A DNA stretch of 64,000 bases from sequence record PP526941.1. One strand, written 5' to 3'. The notes under the pieces are model-generated. The model saw only the letters and a list, made by a program, of their open reading frames with translations. It had not been told where the DNA came from and ran no database searches. Below are positions 22,455 to 32,735 of this stretch, in pieces. The translations under genes were made by a program, and so were the position numbers. The stretch is from Escherichia phage vB_EcoM_ECO78. The first letter of the stretch is position 1. Each line of letters begins with the position of its first letter.

Positions 22455-23570
22455 ATGGAAAAATTTATGGCAGAGTTTGGACAAGGATATGTCCAAACGC
22501 CGTTTTTATCGGAAAGCAATTCAGTAAGATATAAAATAAGCATAGCGGGTTCTTGCCCGCTTTCTACTGCAGGGCCATACGTTAAATTTCAAGATAATCC
22601 TGTAGGAAGTCAAACATTTAGCGCAGGTCTTCATTTAAGAGTTTTTGATCCTTCCACAGGAGCATTAGTTGATAGTAAGTCATATGCTTTTTCTACTTCA
22701 AATGATACTACATCAGCTGCTTTTGTTAGTTTCATGAATTCTTTGACGAATAATCGAATTGTTGCTATATTAACTAACGGAAAGGTTAATTTTCCTCCTG
22801 AAGTAGTATCTTGGTTAAGAACCGCCGGAACGTCTGCTTTTCCATCTGATTCTATATTGTCAAGATTCGACGTATCATATGCTGCTTTTTATACTTCTTC
22901 TAAAAGAGCTATCGCATTAGAGCATGTTAAACTGAGTAATAGAAAAAGCACAGATGATTATCAAACTATTTTAGATGTAGTATTTGACAGTTTAGAAGAT
23001 GTCGGAGCTACAGGATTTCCAAGAAGAACGTATGAAAGCGTTGAGCAATTTATGTCAGCTGTTGGTGGAACTAATAACGAAATTGCGCGTCTACCAACTT
23101 CAGCTGCTATAAGTAAATTATCTGATTATAATTTAATTCCTGGTGATGTTCTTTATCTTAAAGCTCAGTTATATGCTGATGCTGATTTACTTGCACTTGG
23201 AACTACGAATATATCCATTCGATTTTATAATGCATCAAATGGATATATTTCCTCGACACATGCTGAATTTACTGGGCAAGCTGGGTCATGGGAATTAAAG
23301 GAAGATTATGTAGTTGTTCCAGAAAACGCAGTAGGATTTACGATATACGCACAGAGAACTGCACAAGCTGGCCAAGGTGGCATGAGAAATTTAAGCTTTT
23401 CTGAAGTATCAAGAAATGGCGGCATTTCAAAACCCGCTGAATTTGGCGTCAACGGTATTCGAGTTAATTATATCTGTGAATCTGCTTCACCTCCGGATAT
23501 AATGGTACTTCCTACACAAGCATCGTCTAAAACTGGTAAAGTGTTTGGGCAAGAATTTAGAGAAGTATAA
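22455..23570 (+). CDS. 35: gp35 long tail fibre hinge connector (371 aa)
   Basis: Size and position in 34-38 operon. Confidence 0.9.
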   Translation: MEKFMAEFGQGYVQTPFLSESNSVRYKISIAGSCPLSTAGPYVKFQDNPVGSQTFSAGLHLRVFDPSTGALVDSKSYAFSTSNDTTSAAFVSFMNSLTNNRIVAILTNGKVNFPPEVVSWLRTAGTSAFPSDSILSRFDVSYAAFYTSSKRAIALEHVKLSNRKSTDDYQTILDVVFDSLEDVGATGFPRRTYESVEQFMSAVGGTNNEIARLPTSAAISKLSDYNLIPGDVLYLKAQLYADADLLALGTTNISIRFYNASNGYISSTHAEFTGQAGSWELKEDYVVVPENAVGFTIYAQRTAQAGQGGMRNLSFSEVSRNGGISKPAEFGVNGIRVNYICESASPPDIMVLPTQASSKTGKVFGQEFREV

Positions 23571-23574
23571 ATTG

Positions 23575-23599
23575 AGGGAGCCTTCGGGTTCCCTTTTTC
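23575..23599 (+). terminator. rho-independent terminator after gene 35 (UUCG tetraloop hairpin plus U5)
   Basis: AGGGAGCC-UUCG-GGUUCCCU followed by TTTTT. Confidence 0.6.
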
Positions 23600-23601
23600 T
23601 T

Positions 23602-23609
23602 TATAAATA
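23602..23609 (+). promoter_or_regulatory. late promoter TATAAATA for gene 36
   Basis: Exact motif 24 nt upstream of gene 36 ATG. Confidence 0.7.
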
Positions 23610-23632
23610 CTATTAAAATAAAGGGGCATACA

Positions 23633-24295
23633 ATGGCTGATTTAAAAGTAGGTTCAACAACCGGGGGCTCTGTCATTTGGCATCAAGGAAATTTTCCATT
23701 GAATCCAGCCGGTGACGATGTACTCTATAAATCATTTAAAATATATTCAGAATATAATAAACCACAAGCTGCTGATAACGATTTCGTTTCTAAAGCTAAT
23801 GGTGGTACTTACGCCGCGACTGTTCGATTTAATGGAGGCGTACATGTTCCTACTATAGGTAGTAGTCAACAGTGTGGTGTTTATCCAGGTAACGGTGATG
23901 CAGCTACTTTTGCTATGGCAAATATTGACATCGTTTCGTGGAATGGTATTGGTTTTAAATCATCACAAGGTTCAGCAGACCGAACTGTTGTAATTAACGC
24001 TCGTACCGGTGATATCAGCAGTAAGGGCGGTTTTTATGCAACTGGTCCTGTCCGTTCTAACGCTACTGCTCCGGTTGCAGCAAATGACCTTACTAGAAAG
24101 GACTATGTTGATGGAGCAATAAATACTGTTACGGAAAATGCGAACTCTAGAGTGTTACGATCTGGCGACACTATGACGGGTAACTTAACCGCACCAAATT
24201 TTTTCTCGCAGAATCCTGCGTCTCAACCTTCACACGTTCCACGATTTGACCAAATCGTAATTAAGGATTCTGTTCAAGATTTCGGCTATTATTAA
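23633..24295 (+). CDS. 36: gp36 long tail fibre distal connector (220 aa)
   Basis: Size and position. Confidence 0.9.
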   Translation: MADLKVGSTTGGSVIWHQGNFPLNPAGDDVLYKSFKIYSEYNKPQAADNDFVSKANGGTYAATVRFNGGVHVPTIGSSQQCGVYPGNGDAATFAMANIDIVSWNGIGFKSSQGSADRTVVINARTGDISSKGGFYATGPVRSNATAPVAANDLTRKDYVDGAINTVTENANSRVLRSGDTMTGNLTAPNFFSQNPASQPSHVPRFDQIVIKDSVQDFGYY

Positions 24296-24303
24296 GAGGA
24301 CTT

Positions 24304-27300
24304 ATGGCTACTTTAAAACAAATACAATTTAAAAGAAGCAAAACCGCAGGTGCACGTCCTGCTGCTTCAGTATTAGCCGAAGGTGAATTGGCTATAAACT
24401 TAAAAGATAGAACACTTTTTACTAAAGATGATTCGGGAAATATCATTGATCTAGGTATTGCTAAAGGCGGTCAAATTGATGGAAATGTGACTATCAATGG
24501 TCTTTTAAGATTAAATGGGGATTATACACAAACTGGTGGAATGACCGTAAATGGACCTATTGGTTCTACTGAAGGCGTATCCGCCTTAGTTTTTAGATCT
24601 ATGCGAGGGTCATTTTACGCAAGAGCAACAAATGATACTTCCAATGCCCATCTTTGGTTTGAAAATACAAATGGATCAGAGAGAGGGGTTTTATATTCAA
24701 AACCACAGTCTGAAAATGAAGGCGTAATTACAATGCGTGTTCGTCAAGGAACCGCTGCGGGAGCTCAAAATTCAGAATTTCATTTCATTTCTACTGATGG
24801 CGGTATCTTCCAGGCACGCAAATTAACTGCTTTAACTTCTATTAGTACACCAACTATTAGTGTTAATTTAATTAATCATGATTCTAAAGCCTTTGGACAA
24901 TACGATTCGCAATCATTAGTTCAGTATGTTTATCCTGGAACTGGTGAAACTAACGGAGTAAACTATCTTCGTAAAGTTCGAGCTAAATCAGGTGGCACTA
25001 TGTGGCATGAGCTTTGTACTGCTCAGACTGGCCAGGCTGATGAAATGTCTTGGTGGACAGGTAATACTCCATCATCTAAACAATATGGCATTCGTAATGA
25101 CGGACGAATGGCAGGCCGTAATAGCCTTGCATTAGGTACATTCACTACGGGTTTCCCGTCTAGTGATTATGGTAACGTCGGTGTAATGGGCGATAAGTAT
25201 CTTGTTCTCGGTGACACTGTAACCGGTCTGAAATATATTAAGCAAGGTGTTTATGATTTAGTTGGTGGAGGTTATTCCGTTGCATCTGTTACTCCAGATA
25301 GTTTCCGTAGTACTCGTAAAGGTATATTTGGTCGCTCAGAAGACCAAGGTGCTACATGGAACATGCCTGGAAACAACGCCGCGTTTTTATCGGTTCAAAC
25401 ACAAGCTGATGAAAACACTGCTGGAGACGGCCAGACACATATTGGCTATAACTCAGGCGGTAAAATGAACCACTATTTCCGTGGTAAAGGCAAAACTAAT
25501 ATTAATACTCAAGAAGGCATGGAAGTTAACCCGGGTATTCTTAAACTAGTAACCGGTGCTAACAGTATTAGCTTTAACGCTGCAACAGGTAATATTGATT
25601 CTACATTAGCTTTTCGTCTTAATAAAGGTATAATTATTGATGGACCTGATAATCAGGGATTCCAATTTAATGCTCCGACGGCTGTAGATGGTACTAGAAG
25701 CATATACTGGAATAGTGGCACTCGCGCAGGTCAAAACAAAAACCCTGTTACAGTTAAAGTGTGGGGTAATTCATTTAACGCATCTGGTGATCGTAGTCGT
25801 GAAACCGTTTTTGAAGTAGCTGATGGGCAAGGTTACCATTTTTATTCTCAACGCGTAGCTCCTGCACCTGGTTCGACTGTCGGGCCTATTCAACTCCGAG
25901 TTAATGGTGGTTTATTAACTTCTGGTGGTATTACTGCTTCCGGTTCTATTGTTACTGAATCAAGTTTAGTTGCAAATAATGGATTATCTGTAAATGGTCA
26001 GGCTAAATTTGGCGGAACAGCAAACGCACTAAGAATTTGGAACGCTGAATATGGTGCTATTTTCCGTCGTTCGGAAAGTAACTTTTATATTATTCCAACC
26101 AATCAAAACGAAGGCGAAAGCGGAGACATTCACAGCTCTTTGAGACCTGTGAGAATAGGATTAAACGATGGCATGGTTGGGTTAGGAAGAGATTCTTTTA
26201 TAGTAGATCAAAATAATGCTTTAACTACTATAAACAGTAACTCTCGCATTAATGCCAACTTTAGAATGCAATTAGGACAAAATGCTTATATAGATATTGA
26301 GGCTTCTGATGGAATTCGCCCAACAGGTTGTGGTTCCTTTGCATCTCAGAATGACGTAAACGTCAGAGCTCCAATTTATATGAATATAGAGCGTACTGCT
26401 ACTTCTGAATATATTCCTATTGTTAAACAGCGTTATGTGCAAGGTGATAGCACTTATTCTATTGGGACATTAATTAATCAAGGAGATTTCCGTGTTCATT
26501 ACCGCCAAGGCACCGGTACGGGTGGCACTGATTTGAGTTGGGAATTCCGTCGCACAGGCGATTTCCGCGCGGCAGGTAAAATTATTGCTGGTGCTGCTAC
26601 TCTTGGCACTGATGGTAATATCACCGGTGGTTCTGGTAACTTTGCTAACCTGAATACCACATTAAATCGTAAGGTAAATTCCGGATTTGTAACATACGGT
26701 GCAACGGCCGGATGGTACAAATTCGCTACAGTAACGATGCCACAATCTACTTCTACTGTTTCATTTACTATAACTGGTGGTAAAGGATTTAATACCGGAC
26801 TGTTTACACAATGTGCTATAACAGAAATTGTTCTTCGTACTGGTAATGACCGCCCAGCAGGTTTAAACGCCGTGATGTATACCAGAACAGCGGCAGGTCT
26901 TACTGATATTGCTGTAGTTAATACCTCAGGAAATACATATGATGTCTATGTTGAAGCTGGCACTTATGCCAACCAATTAGCTTATACCTGGCATACAGTT
27001 GATAATGCTACCGTAGAAGTTATTGGCGCTTTTGGTCCTACTCAAGACCCGGTAGATTCTTTGCCGGCTAATTATGTTAAAGGCCAAGTAGCTAACATGC
27101 TTAACAACCTGGTAGACACAGGTAAAGTAAAACGTTATGTAGCAGATTCTGAAATTGCTATTAATAACCAAACGGGTCTTCGTATTACGAGTAATTATGA
27201 TAGATCAGGTTCTAATTCCGTTTTGTTTCGAAATGACGGTGGAAGCTTCTATATTTTACTGACTGACAAAAACTCTTCAGACGGCGATAATAAAGCAACT

Positions 27301-28227
27301 GAAGGTGATTGGAATGGAAAACGACCATTTTCAATTGATATGACTGCTGGTACTGTTCGTCTTGGCGAAAATACTTCTTTTAGTAAAGATGTTACTATTG
27401 ATGGAAACATTAATTCACGAGTTAAAGTTGTCGGACAGTGGAATGTTAGCTTTTCTGATATTTCAGATGTGACTCGTGACCGTTCTGCATTTTTAGTGAA
27501 TACGGGTGGCATTTCCAATACAAGTCAATCTTATTACCCGCTATTTTCTGGATACAGTTTTTTAACTGACGCGGGTTATCGCCAATCGTTTGAATTTGGA
27601 TGGTTAGGTGTTTCTGGTACTTGGCGTCAAGGTATTATTCGCATGCGTGGTGACAACGCATCGGGGCAACAGGCTCGTTGGACTTTTGATATGGATGGAA
27701 CATTTTATGCTCCTAAATTGGCTTGCGGTTCTACCGGTGCCCTCGGTATTAACACATCCAACGGATGGGGTGGTAACTCAATTGCAATTGGTGATAGCGA
27801 TACTGGTTTTAGACAAGTAGGCGATGGGCTTTTAGAAGCGTGGGCGAACAACGTTAAAGTTGTTAGATTCACTTCGAGCGAAGTTTATTCCGAGAAAAAC
27901 GTCAATGCTCCTAACGTTTATATTCGTTCTGATGTTCGCTTGAAATCTAATTTTAAACCTATTAAAAATGCGCTCGAAAGGGTTGAGCAACTTGATGGTT
28001 TAATCTATGACAAAGCTGAATATATAGGCGGTGAACCTGTTCAAACTGAAGCGGGTATTATAGCTCAAACGTTACAAGACGTTTTACCAGAAGCTGTCCG
28101 TGAATCAGAAGATAGCAAGGGTAATAAAATACTCACTGTTTCTTCTCAAGCCCAGATTGCTCTTCTGGTTGAAGCTGTGAAAACACTTTCTGCTCGTGTA
28201 AAAGAACTTGAATCTAAACTTATGTAA
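24304..28227 (+). CDS. 37: gp37 long tail fibre distal subunit (1307 aa) with C-terminal intramolecular chaperone domain
   Basis: Conserved fibre N-terminus [12 protein letters not shown]; C-terminal SDVRLK...coiled-coil tail typical of S74-type self-cleaving chaperone. Confidence 0.9.
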   Translation: MATLKQIQFKRSKTAGARPAASVLAEGELAINLKDRTLFTKDDSGNIIDLGIAKGGQIDGNVTINGLLRLNGDYTQTGGMTVNGPIGSTEGVSALVFRSMRGSFYARATNDTSNAHLWFENTNGSERGVLYSKPQSENEGVITMRVRQGTAAGAQNSEFHFISTDGGIFQARKLTALTSISTPTISVNLINHDSKAFGQYDSQSLVQYVYPGTGETNGVNYLRKVRAKSGGTMWHELCTAQTGQADEMSWWTGNTPSSKQYGIRNDGRMAGRNSLALGTFTTGFPSSDYGNVGVMGDKYLVLGDTVTGLKYIKQGVYDLVGGGYSVASVTPDSFRSTRKGIFGRSEDQGATWNMPGNNAAFLSVQTQADENTAGDGQTHIGYNSGGKMNHYFRGKGKTNINTQEGMEVNPGILKLVTGANSISFNAATGNIDSTLAFRLNKGIIIDGPDNQGFQFNAPTAVDGTRSIYWNSGTRAGQNKNPVTVKVWGNSFNASGDRSRETVFEVADGQGYHFYSQRVAPAPGSTVGPIQLRVNGGLLTSGGITASGSIVTESSLVANNGLSVNGQAKFGGTANALRIWNAEYGAIFRRSESNFYIIPTNQNEGESGDIHSSLRPVRIGLNDGMVGLGRDSFIVDQNNALTTINSNSRINANFRMQLGQNAYIDIEASDGIRPTGCGSFASQNDVNVRAPIYMNIERTATSEYIPIVKQRYVQGDSTYSIGTLINQGDFRVHYRQGTGTGGTDLSWEFRRTGDFRAAGKIIAGAATLGTDGNITGGSGNFANLNTTLNRKVNSGFVTYGATAGWYKFATVTMPQSTSTVSFTITGGKGFNTGLFTQCAITEIVLRTGNDRPAGLNAVMYTRTAAGLTDIAVVNTSGNTYDVYVEAGTYANQLAYTWHTVDNATVEVIGAFGPTQDPVDSLPANYVKGQVANMLNNLVDTGKVKRYVADSEIAINNQTGLRITSNYDRSGSNSVLFRNDGGSFYILLTDKNSSDGDNKATEGDWNGKRPFSIDMTAGTVRLGENTSFSKDVTIDGNINSRVKVVGQWNVSFSDISDVTRDRSAFLVNTGGISNTSQSYYPLFSGYSFLTDAGYRQSFEFGWLGVSGTWRQGIIRMRGDNASGQQARWTFDMDGTFYAPKLACGSTGALGINTSNGWGGNSIAIGDSDTGFRQVGDGLLEAWANNVKVVRFTSSEVYSEKNVNAPNVYIRSDVRLKSNFKPIKNALERVEQLDGLIYDKAEYIGGEPVQTEAGIIAQTLQDVLPEAVRESEDSKGNKILTVSSQAQIALLVEAVKTLSARVKELESKLM

Positions 28228-28228
28228 A

Positions 28229-28256
28229 AGAGGGCTTCGGCCCTCTAAGGATTTTT
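28229..28256 (+). terminator. UUCG-tetraloop hairpin after gene 37 (attenuator or RNA 3' end)
   Basis: AGAGGGC-UUCG-GCCCUCU at 28229-28246, T-run 28252-28256. Confidence 0.4.
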
Positions 28257-28257
28257 A

Positions 28258-29043
28258 ATGGCAATTGTAGGTGTTCCTGGCTGGATTGGTGAATCTGCTG
28301 TGAATGAAACTGGACAACGTTGGATGGATGCTGCGATGAAAGCTGTTCGTGTTTCAGTTCCCGGCTGGATGAGCTCAATGGCTGGACAATCTAAAGAAAT
28401 TCATTATAGCATTGGTGCTAGCAATTCTTACAATAAAGACACTCTTATTAACTGGATGAAAGCACAGGGGTCTACTCCGGTAGTAATTACTATTACAGGA
28501 AATATTGTTTCTTCATCGACAGGTCAACCATGCTTAGATTTTCCTAGCTCATTAACTAATGCATACGTGACACTTAATATCAATTCAGGCGTGCATGTTT
28601 GGGGTCGCGGCGGGAATGGTGGAAATAACTCTGCTGGCGGAGCAGGAGGAACTGCAATAAATAACGGAATTGGAACTAGATTACGTATTAATAACAATGG
28701 TGTTATCGCAGGCGGCGGTGGCGGCGGTGGCGGCGGATACTACTCTCCTTTTTCACAAATGAGATTGACTTTTGGTGGAGGAGGCGGTCGTCCATTTGGT
28801 GCGGCTGGCGGGTCTGCTAATATGGAACAGGGTGCTACTGCTGGTACTATTTCTGCGCCCGGTAAAGGGTCTGTCAACGGTATCTATAATGGCGGGAATG
28901 GTGGTGATGCCGGTGCCGCAGGAGGTAAATGTAATATTCGCGGTCAAGGATCAGAATATAATGGCGGCGCTGCTGGTAAAGCTGTTACTGGTAATGCTCC
29001 AACTTGGACTAAAGTTGGTACAATATATGGTGCAAGAGTATAA
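28258..29043 (+). CDS. 38: gp38 receptor-recognising adhesin, T2-type (261 aa, glycine-rich motifs)
   Basis: Conserved N-terminus plus five poly-Gly blocks characteristic of T2-type gp38. Confidence 0.85.
   Translation: MAIVGVPGWIGESAVNETGQRWMDAAMKAVRVSVPGWMSSMAGQSKEIHYSIGASNSYNKDTLINWMKAQGSTPVVITITGNIVSSSTGQPCLDFPSSLTNAYVTLNINSGVHVWGRGGNGGNNSAGGAGGTAINNGIGTRLRINNNGVIAGGGGGGGGGYYSPFSQMRLTFGGGGGRPFGAAGGSANMEQGATAGTISAPGKGSVNGIYNGGNGGDAGAAGGKCNIRGQGSEYNGGAAGKAVTGNAPTWTKVGTIYGARV
28711..28737 (+). repeat. (GGCGGCGGT)x3 simple repeat encoding poly-glycine inside gp38
   Basis: Direct reading of sequence. Confidence 0.9.
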
Positions 29044-29074
29044 TTTTGAATAAATATCCTTAAAAGGAGGGTCT

Positions 29075-29731
29075 ATGGCAGCACCTAGAATATCATTTTC
29101 GCCCTCTGATATTCTGTTGGGTGTTCTAGATCGCTTGTTCAAAGATAACGCTACCGGGAAGGTTCTTGCTTCCCGGGTAGCTGTCGTAATTCTTTTGTTT
29201 ATGATGGCGATTGTTTGGTATAGGGGAGATAGTTTCTTTGAGTACTATAAGCAATCAAAGTATGAAACATACAGTGAAATTATTGAAAAGGAAAGAAATG
29301 CACGCTTTGAATCTGTCGCCCTGGAACAACTCCAGATAGTTCATATATCATCTGAGGCAGACTTTAGTGCGGTGTATTCTTTCCGCCCTAAAAACTTAAA
29401 CTATTTTGTTGATATTATAGCATATGAAGGAAAATTACCTTCAACAATAAGTGAAAAATCACTTGGAGGATATCCTGTTGATAAAACTATGGATGAATAT
29501 ACAGTTCATTTAAATGGACGTCATTATTATTCCAACTCAAAATTTGCTTTTTTACCAACTAAAAAGCCTACTCCTGAAATAAATTACATGTACAGTTGTC
29601 CATATTTTAATTTGGATAATATCTATGCTGGAACGATAACCATGTACTGGTATAGAAATGATCATATAAGTAATGACCGCCTTGAATCAATATGTTCTCA
29701 GGCGGCCAGAATATTAGGAAGGGCTAAATAA
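29075..29731 (+). CDS. t: holin t (218 aa)
   Basis: Length and sequence match T4 holin; single N-terminal TM segment. Confidence 0.92.
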   Translation: MAAPRISFSPSDILLGVLDRLFKDNATGKVLASRVAVVILLFMMAIVWYRGDSFFEYYKQSKYETYSEIIEKERNARFESVALEQLQIVHISSEADFSAVYSFRPKNLNYFVDIIAYEGKLPSTISEKSLGGYPVDKTMDEYTVHLNGRHYYSNSKFAFLPTKKPTPEINYMYSCPYFNLDNIYAGTITMYWYRNDHISNDRLESICSQAARILGRAK

Positions 29732-30004
29732 TTATTTGTTTGTATACATCTCTAGATATCGATATACACCCTCAAAACCCTCGTTGAATTCGTCGATGAG
29801 GGTTTTCTTATCTTCTTGAGTTAATTCAGAAACAATTTTACGGAATGAATTTTGATTTAACTTTCTACCTTCATGTGTTACTCCAATCTCATTCAGAAAT
29901 GCAATAAAATTAGCGCGATTCTCAACAATATCTTCTCGGGAAAATTTAATCAAAATAGACGCAACAGTAATAATTTCACGAACTGTATCAATGTTTTTAT
30001 TCAT
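29732..30004 (-). CDS. asiA: AsiA anti-sigma70 factor (90 aa)
   Basis: Sequence MNKNIDTVREIITVASILIKF matches T4 AsiA. Confidence 0.92.
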   Translation of the reverse strand: MNKNIDTVREIITVASILIKFSREDIVENRANFIAFLNEIGVTHEGRKLNQNSFRKIVSELTQEDKKTLIDEFNEGFEGVYRYLEMYTNK

Positions 30005-30016
30005 TAACTATACCAC

Positions 30017-30169
30017 TCAATTAGTTGACTTTGTTATAATATCATCAGACGCTTGATTTGTAAACTGGTCTGTGTTATTTTCTTCAAAAATTTTTTCTAC
30101 GAATTCCTTGAACGACTTACGTTCCTGAGCTACATTGTGCTCGATTACCTTTTCAAGATTATGACTCAT
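30017..30169 (-). CDS. small hypothetical protein (50 aa, below ORF-track cutoff)
   Basis: Hand-translated MSHNLEKVIEHNVAQERKSF...; start overlaps arn stop by 4 nt. Confidence 0.35.
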   Translation of the reverse strand: MSHNLEKVIEHNVAQERKSFKEFVEKIFEENNTDQFTNQASDDIITKSTN

Positions 30170-30444
30170 TCGAAATAATCTTCAATTTCATAATCATGGA
30201 CATAAATCATTATAGTTTTTAATACATCATCGATACTTTTTCCTGGAGCTGGAATTACGTAGAAATATCCTGCTTTTGAGAGGTCTTTATAAGTTCCAAT
30301 CAAGAAATCATTATTCTCGAGATGTAGTTCTTCAACTAATTCATTAACAATTGAGTGGTATAAATTTGGTAGAAACTTATATAGCTTTTCTAGAATATCA
30401 ATTTTGATTGTGTATTGAACCACAGACTGAGAATCAATAATCAT
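30166..30444 (-). CDS. arn: Arn anti-restriction protein (McrBC inhibitor, 92 aa)
   Basis: Size, acidic composition and position next to asiA. Confidence 0.8.
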   Translation of the reverse strand: MIIDSQSVVQYTIKIDILEKLYKFLPNLYHSIVNELVEELHLENNDFLIGTYKDLSKAGYFYVIPAPGKSIDDVLKTIMIYVHDYEIEDYFE

Positions 30445-30527
30445 AGACCTTCCCCTTGTGTTTCTGTTTGCGATTAGATTCTTTAAACGCTTTCTTCTTA
30501 TCCTTATGAACAGAAGCTTTATTAAAA

Positions 30528-30746
30528 TTATGTTTTGCGACTAAATTGTTCATAGTGCTGAATTACCTCTCTTAAACATTTGCATGTGAATGAAAACTTT
30601 TTAGCTACACCACATTCAAATATATGTTCTCTTAAATCACGTGTATCGGTATATCCCATCTCAACAATAAAATGCCGTATTAGATTTTTATCTTTATCGT
30701 TAAGAGAATTAAAATAATCGGATTTTGAATTAATTTCCCTGGCCAA
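30528..30746 (-). CDS. hypothetical protein (72 aa)
   Basis: ORF in arn-motA interval. Confidence 0.45.
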   Translation of the reverse strand: MAREINSKSDYFNSLNDKDKNLIRHFIVEMGYTDTRDLREHIFECGVAKKFSFTCKCLREVIQHYEQFSRKT

Positions 30747-31026
30747 ATTGAATCACCTTCAGTTGACGTTTTAGTTCTTTTATCATTTCTTCGTTCATCG
30801 CAATATAAAGATCGCGTAAAGCAGGTTTTAGCATTCCATTTATTGGGGAACTAAATGGACATACATAATCTTTTCCTACGAGCTTTTTGGTGAATTCCAT
30901 ATTACAGAATTGAAATGCCGGTTCATTGGTATAAATTCCCCAATTAGTTGACATCATTTTATTAGCATATTCCAGTGCCTGGATTTGATTCGTAATTCCA
31001 TCAATTTGAAACTTTTTAATATTCAT
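30730..31026 (-). CDS. hypothetical protein (98 aa)
   Basis: ORF in arn-motA interval. Confidence 0.45.
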   Translation of the reverse strand: MNIKKFQIDGITNQIQALEYANKMMSTNWGIYTNEPAFQFCNMEFTKKLVGKDYVCPFSSPINGMLKPALRDLYIAMNEEMIKELKRQLKVIQFGQGN

Positions 31027-31487
31027 TAGTAAAGGTCCTCAGAGTAAAGTTCTTTTTCACTACCACCACGTTCAATACGTACTTGTCCAGCGTAAGTTGC
31101 AATAATCATTGCTTCTTCACGTGTCCAATAATTACTATATTGGTCAATAAATCCTTGGTCATCATCACAAACTTGCTGAGTAACTAATTGAGGTTTAACT
31201 ACATCTAAAACTTCTGCCATATCTTTAGAATAATGACGAGCACCTGGAATAATAAGAGTTCGTCCATCTTTTAATTTAAAACGGTTGGCTGCGCAAACAA
31301 TTCGTCGTTGATACTTTTGGTTTTCATCCCAGTACGCAGTCTGCCAACAAATTTCAGGAACTTCTTTCAGAATATCTTCTTCTGTGCATTTATAACCATG
31401 TGCTTTAAATTTTTGAACAAGACTTTCTGGAGTCTCACGAGATAAAGGAACATTCAACATTTTTAAACGATTAATAAATGGGTTCAT
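31026..31487 (-). CDS. hypothetical protein (153 aa)
   Basis: ORF with ATGA overlap to neighbour. Confidence 0.5.
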   Translation of the reverse strand: MNPFINRLKMLNVPLSRETPESLVQKFKAHGYKCTEEDILKEVPEICWQTAYWDENQKYQRRIVCAANRFKLKDGRTLIIPGARHYSKDMAEVLDVVKPQLVTQQVCDDDQGFIDQYSNYWTREEAMIIATYAGQVRIERGGSEKELYSEDLY

Positions 31488-31813
31488 TTAAACCATCCTT
31501 TAATACGCTGCCACAAAGTTTTCTGCTGAGTTTTGTTAACACCAATTGAACGAATAACTGGTTGAGATTCCTGGAATTCTTTATAATCGGCAAGGTAAAT
31601 TTCGTAAGCTGCATCCGTAAATGAACTTATCGCTGCCATAAAATTATTGCGAATACCTACTGGAGCATCTTTACTTTCACGAATAATCATGTATTTACCA
31701 GTCTTAATCTTTACGATAGTTCCAAGATAAGCTCCATGGTACCAAATATCCCAACCCTCTTGAGTAGGTTCTGCGCAACGACGAAGTTCATTAACAATTT
31801 CTAACTTGTTCAT
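31484..31813 (-). CDS. hypothetical protein (109 aa)
   Basis: ORF immediately downstream of motA. Confidence 0.5.
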   Translation of the reverse strand: MNKLEIVNELRRCAEPTQEGWDIWYHGAYLGTIVKIKTGKYMIIRESKDAPVGIRNNFMAAISSFTDAAYEIYLADYKEFQESQPVIRSIGVNKTQQKTLWQRIKGWFK

Positions 31814-31823
31814 TATTTATTCC

Positions 31824-32459
31824 TCACAGTTCAGATGCTACGGTGATTACTGCTTCAATGTTTTCTGCCGAGCGTTTAATGTCAAGATACACATTACCGT
31901 TTTTAGCGATTTTACATGACATTCCGATGTCAGTAAATTTCTGAATATGATGTTCCATCATTTTATATCCAAAAATTCGCATATTTCCATTGTTGTTAAT
32001 TTCAAAATTACGAATTCCGTGAGTGCGTTTTTCTAAAATAGCGAGATAATTACTACGATAAGTTTCAACCTTTTTAAGAACAAATCCATTTTCATCTAAA
32101 AGTTTTAACATGAAGTCTTTATCTTCTTCCATATCAGAAGTAATCTCACGAGCTTTACGAGTTGCCCGTTTTTTCAGTAATTCTGGAGCATTTTCCTGCG
32201 CGTATAAAGTTGCTGCATTTGAAATAATATCCTGAGCTTCACCAGTAATGATTAATCCATCACCGGATTTCTCCACCAGGCCTTTTTTAATCAATACCCC
32301 AATATTACTATTAACTACTGCGTTACCTAAATCTGGATGCACCTCACGAACTTCTGCAGCTGTAATGAAATCTTTCTTAGCAATAGTAATTAAAATCGCA
32401 GCAGTTTTTTCATTCAGAACATCGTTAGAAGCTTTGATGATGTAAGTTACTTTAGACAT
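31824..32459 (-). CDS. motA: MotA middle-transcription activator (211 aa)
   Basis: Sequence MSKVTYIIKASNDVLNEKTAAIL matches T4 MotA. Confidence 0.92.
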   Translation of the reverse strand: MSKVTYIIKASNDVLNEKTAAILITIAKKDFITAAEVREVHPDLGNAVVNSNIGVLIKKGLVEKSGDGLIITGEAQDIISNAATLYAQENAPELLKKRATRKAREITSDMEEDKDFMLKLLDENGFVLKKVETYRSNYLAILEKRTHGIRNFEINNNGNMRIFGYKMMEHHIQKFTDIGMSCKIAKNGNVYLDIKRSAENIEAVITVASEL

Positions 32460-32500
32460 TTTCTAATCTCCGTAATTCTGTATCAGTAGTTGATAGTTGT

Positions 32501-32530
32501 ATAGTACCACAGTATGCTTTGGTTGTAAAC
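32501..32530 (-). promoter_or_regulatory. early promoter for motA (extended repeat family)
   Basis: GTTTACA / TACTAT with 17-nt spacer; block shared with 15201-15260. Confidence 0.55.
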
Positions 32531-32550
32531 CATTTTGTGAAAAATTTTTA

Positions 32551-32580
32551 AAATAAAAAAGGGAGAGCCTCGGCTCTCCC
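32551..32580 (-). terminator. rho-independent terminator after gene 52 / small ORF
   Basis: GGGAGAGCC...GGCTCTCCC stem followed by U-run on minus transcript. Confidence 0.6.
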
Positions 32581-32585
32581 TAAAA

Positions 32586-32735
32586 TTACTGCATGACTGT
32601 GATAACTGTCATGATAACACGTTGAATTCCGAACGCAAGAAGACCTCCTGCTACTGCTGGAACAACGCCTAAACCCGCCAGTAAAATGCTACCAGATACT
32701 AAGGCCGCACTCGTGATACCGATGAATGGACTCAT
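32586..32735 (-). CDS. small hydrophobic peptide (49 aa, MSPFIGITSAALVSG...)
   Basis: Hand-translated; ATG overlaps gene 52 stop (ATGA). Confidence 0.4.
   Translation of the reverse strand: MSPFIGITSAALVSGSILLAGLGVVPAVAGGLLAFGIQRVIMTVITVMQ

Noticed and set aside
28600-28993. GC-rich island as possible foreign insertion
   Set aside because: The GC richness comes from glycine codons of the gp38 glycine-rich motifs, an expected feature of T2-type adhesins.
29041-29074. Possible late promoter for holin t (GTATAATTTTGAATAAATATCC)
   Set aside because: No exact TATAAATA; the closest matches are 6/8, so I did not call a promoter.
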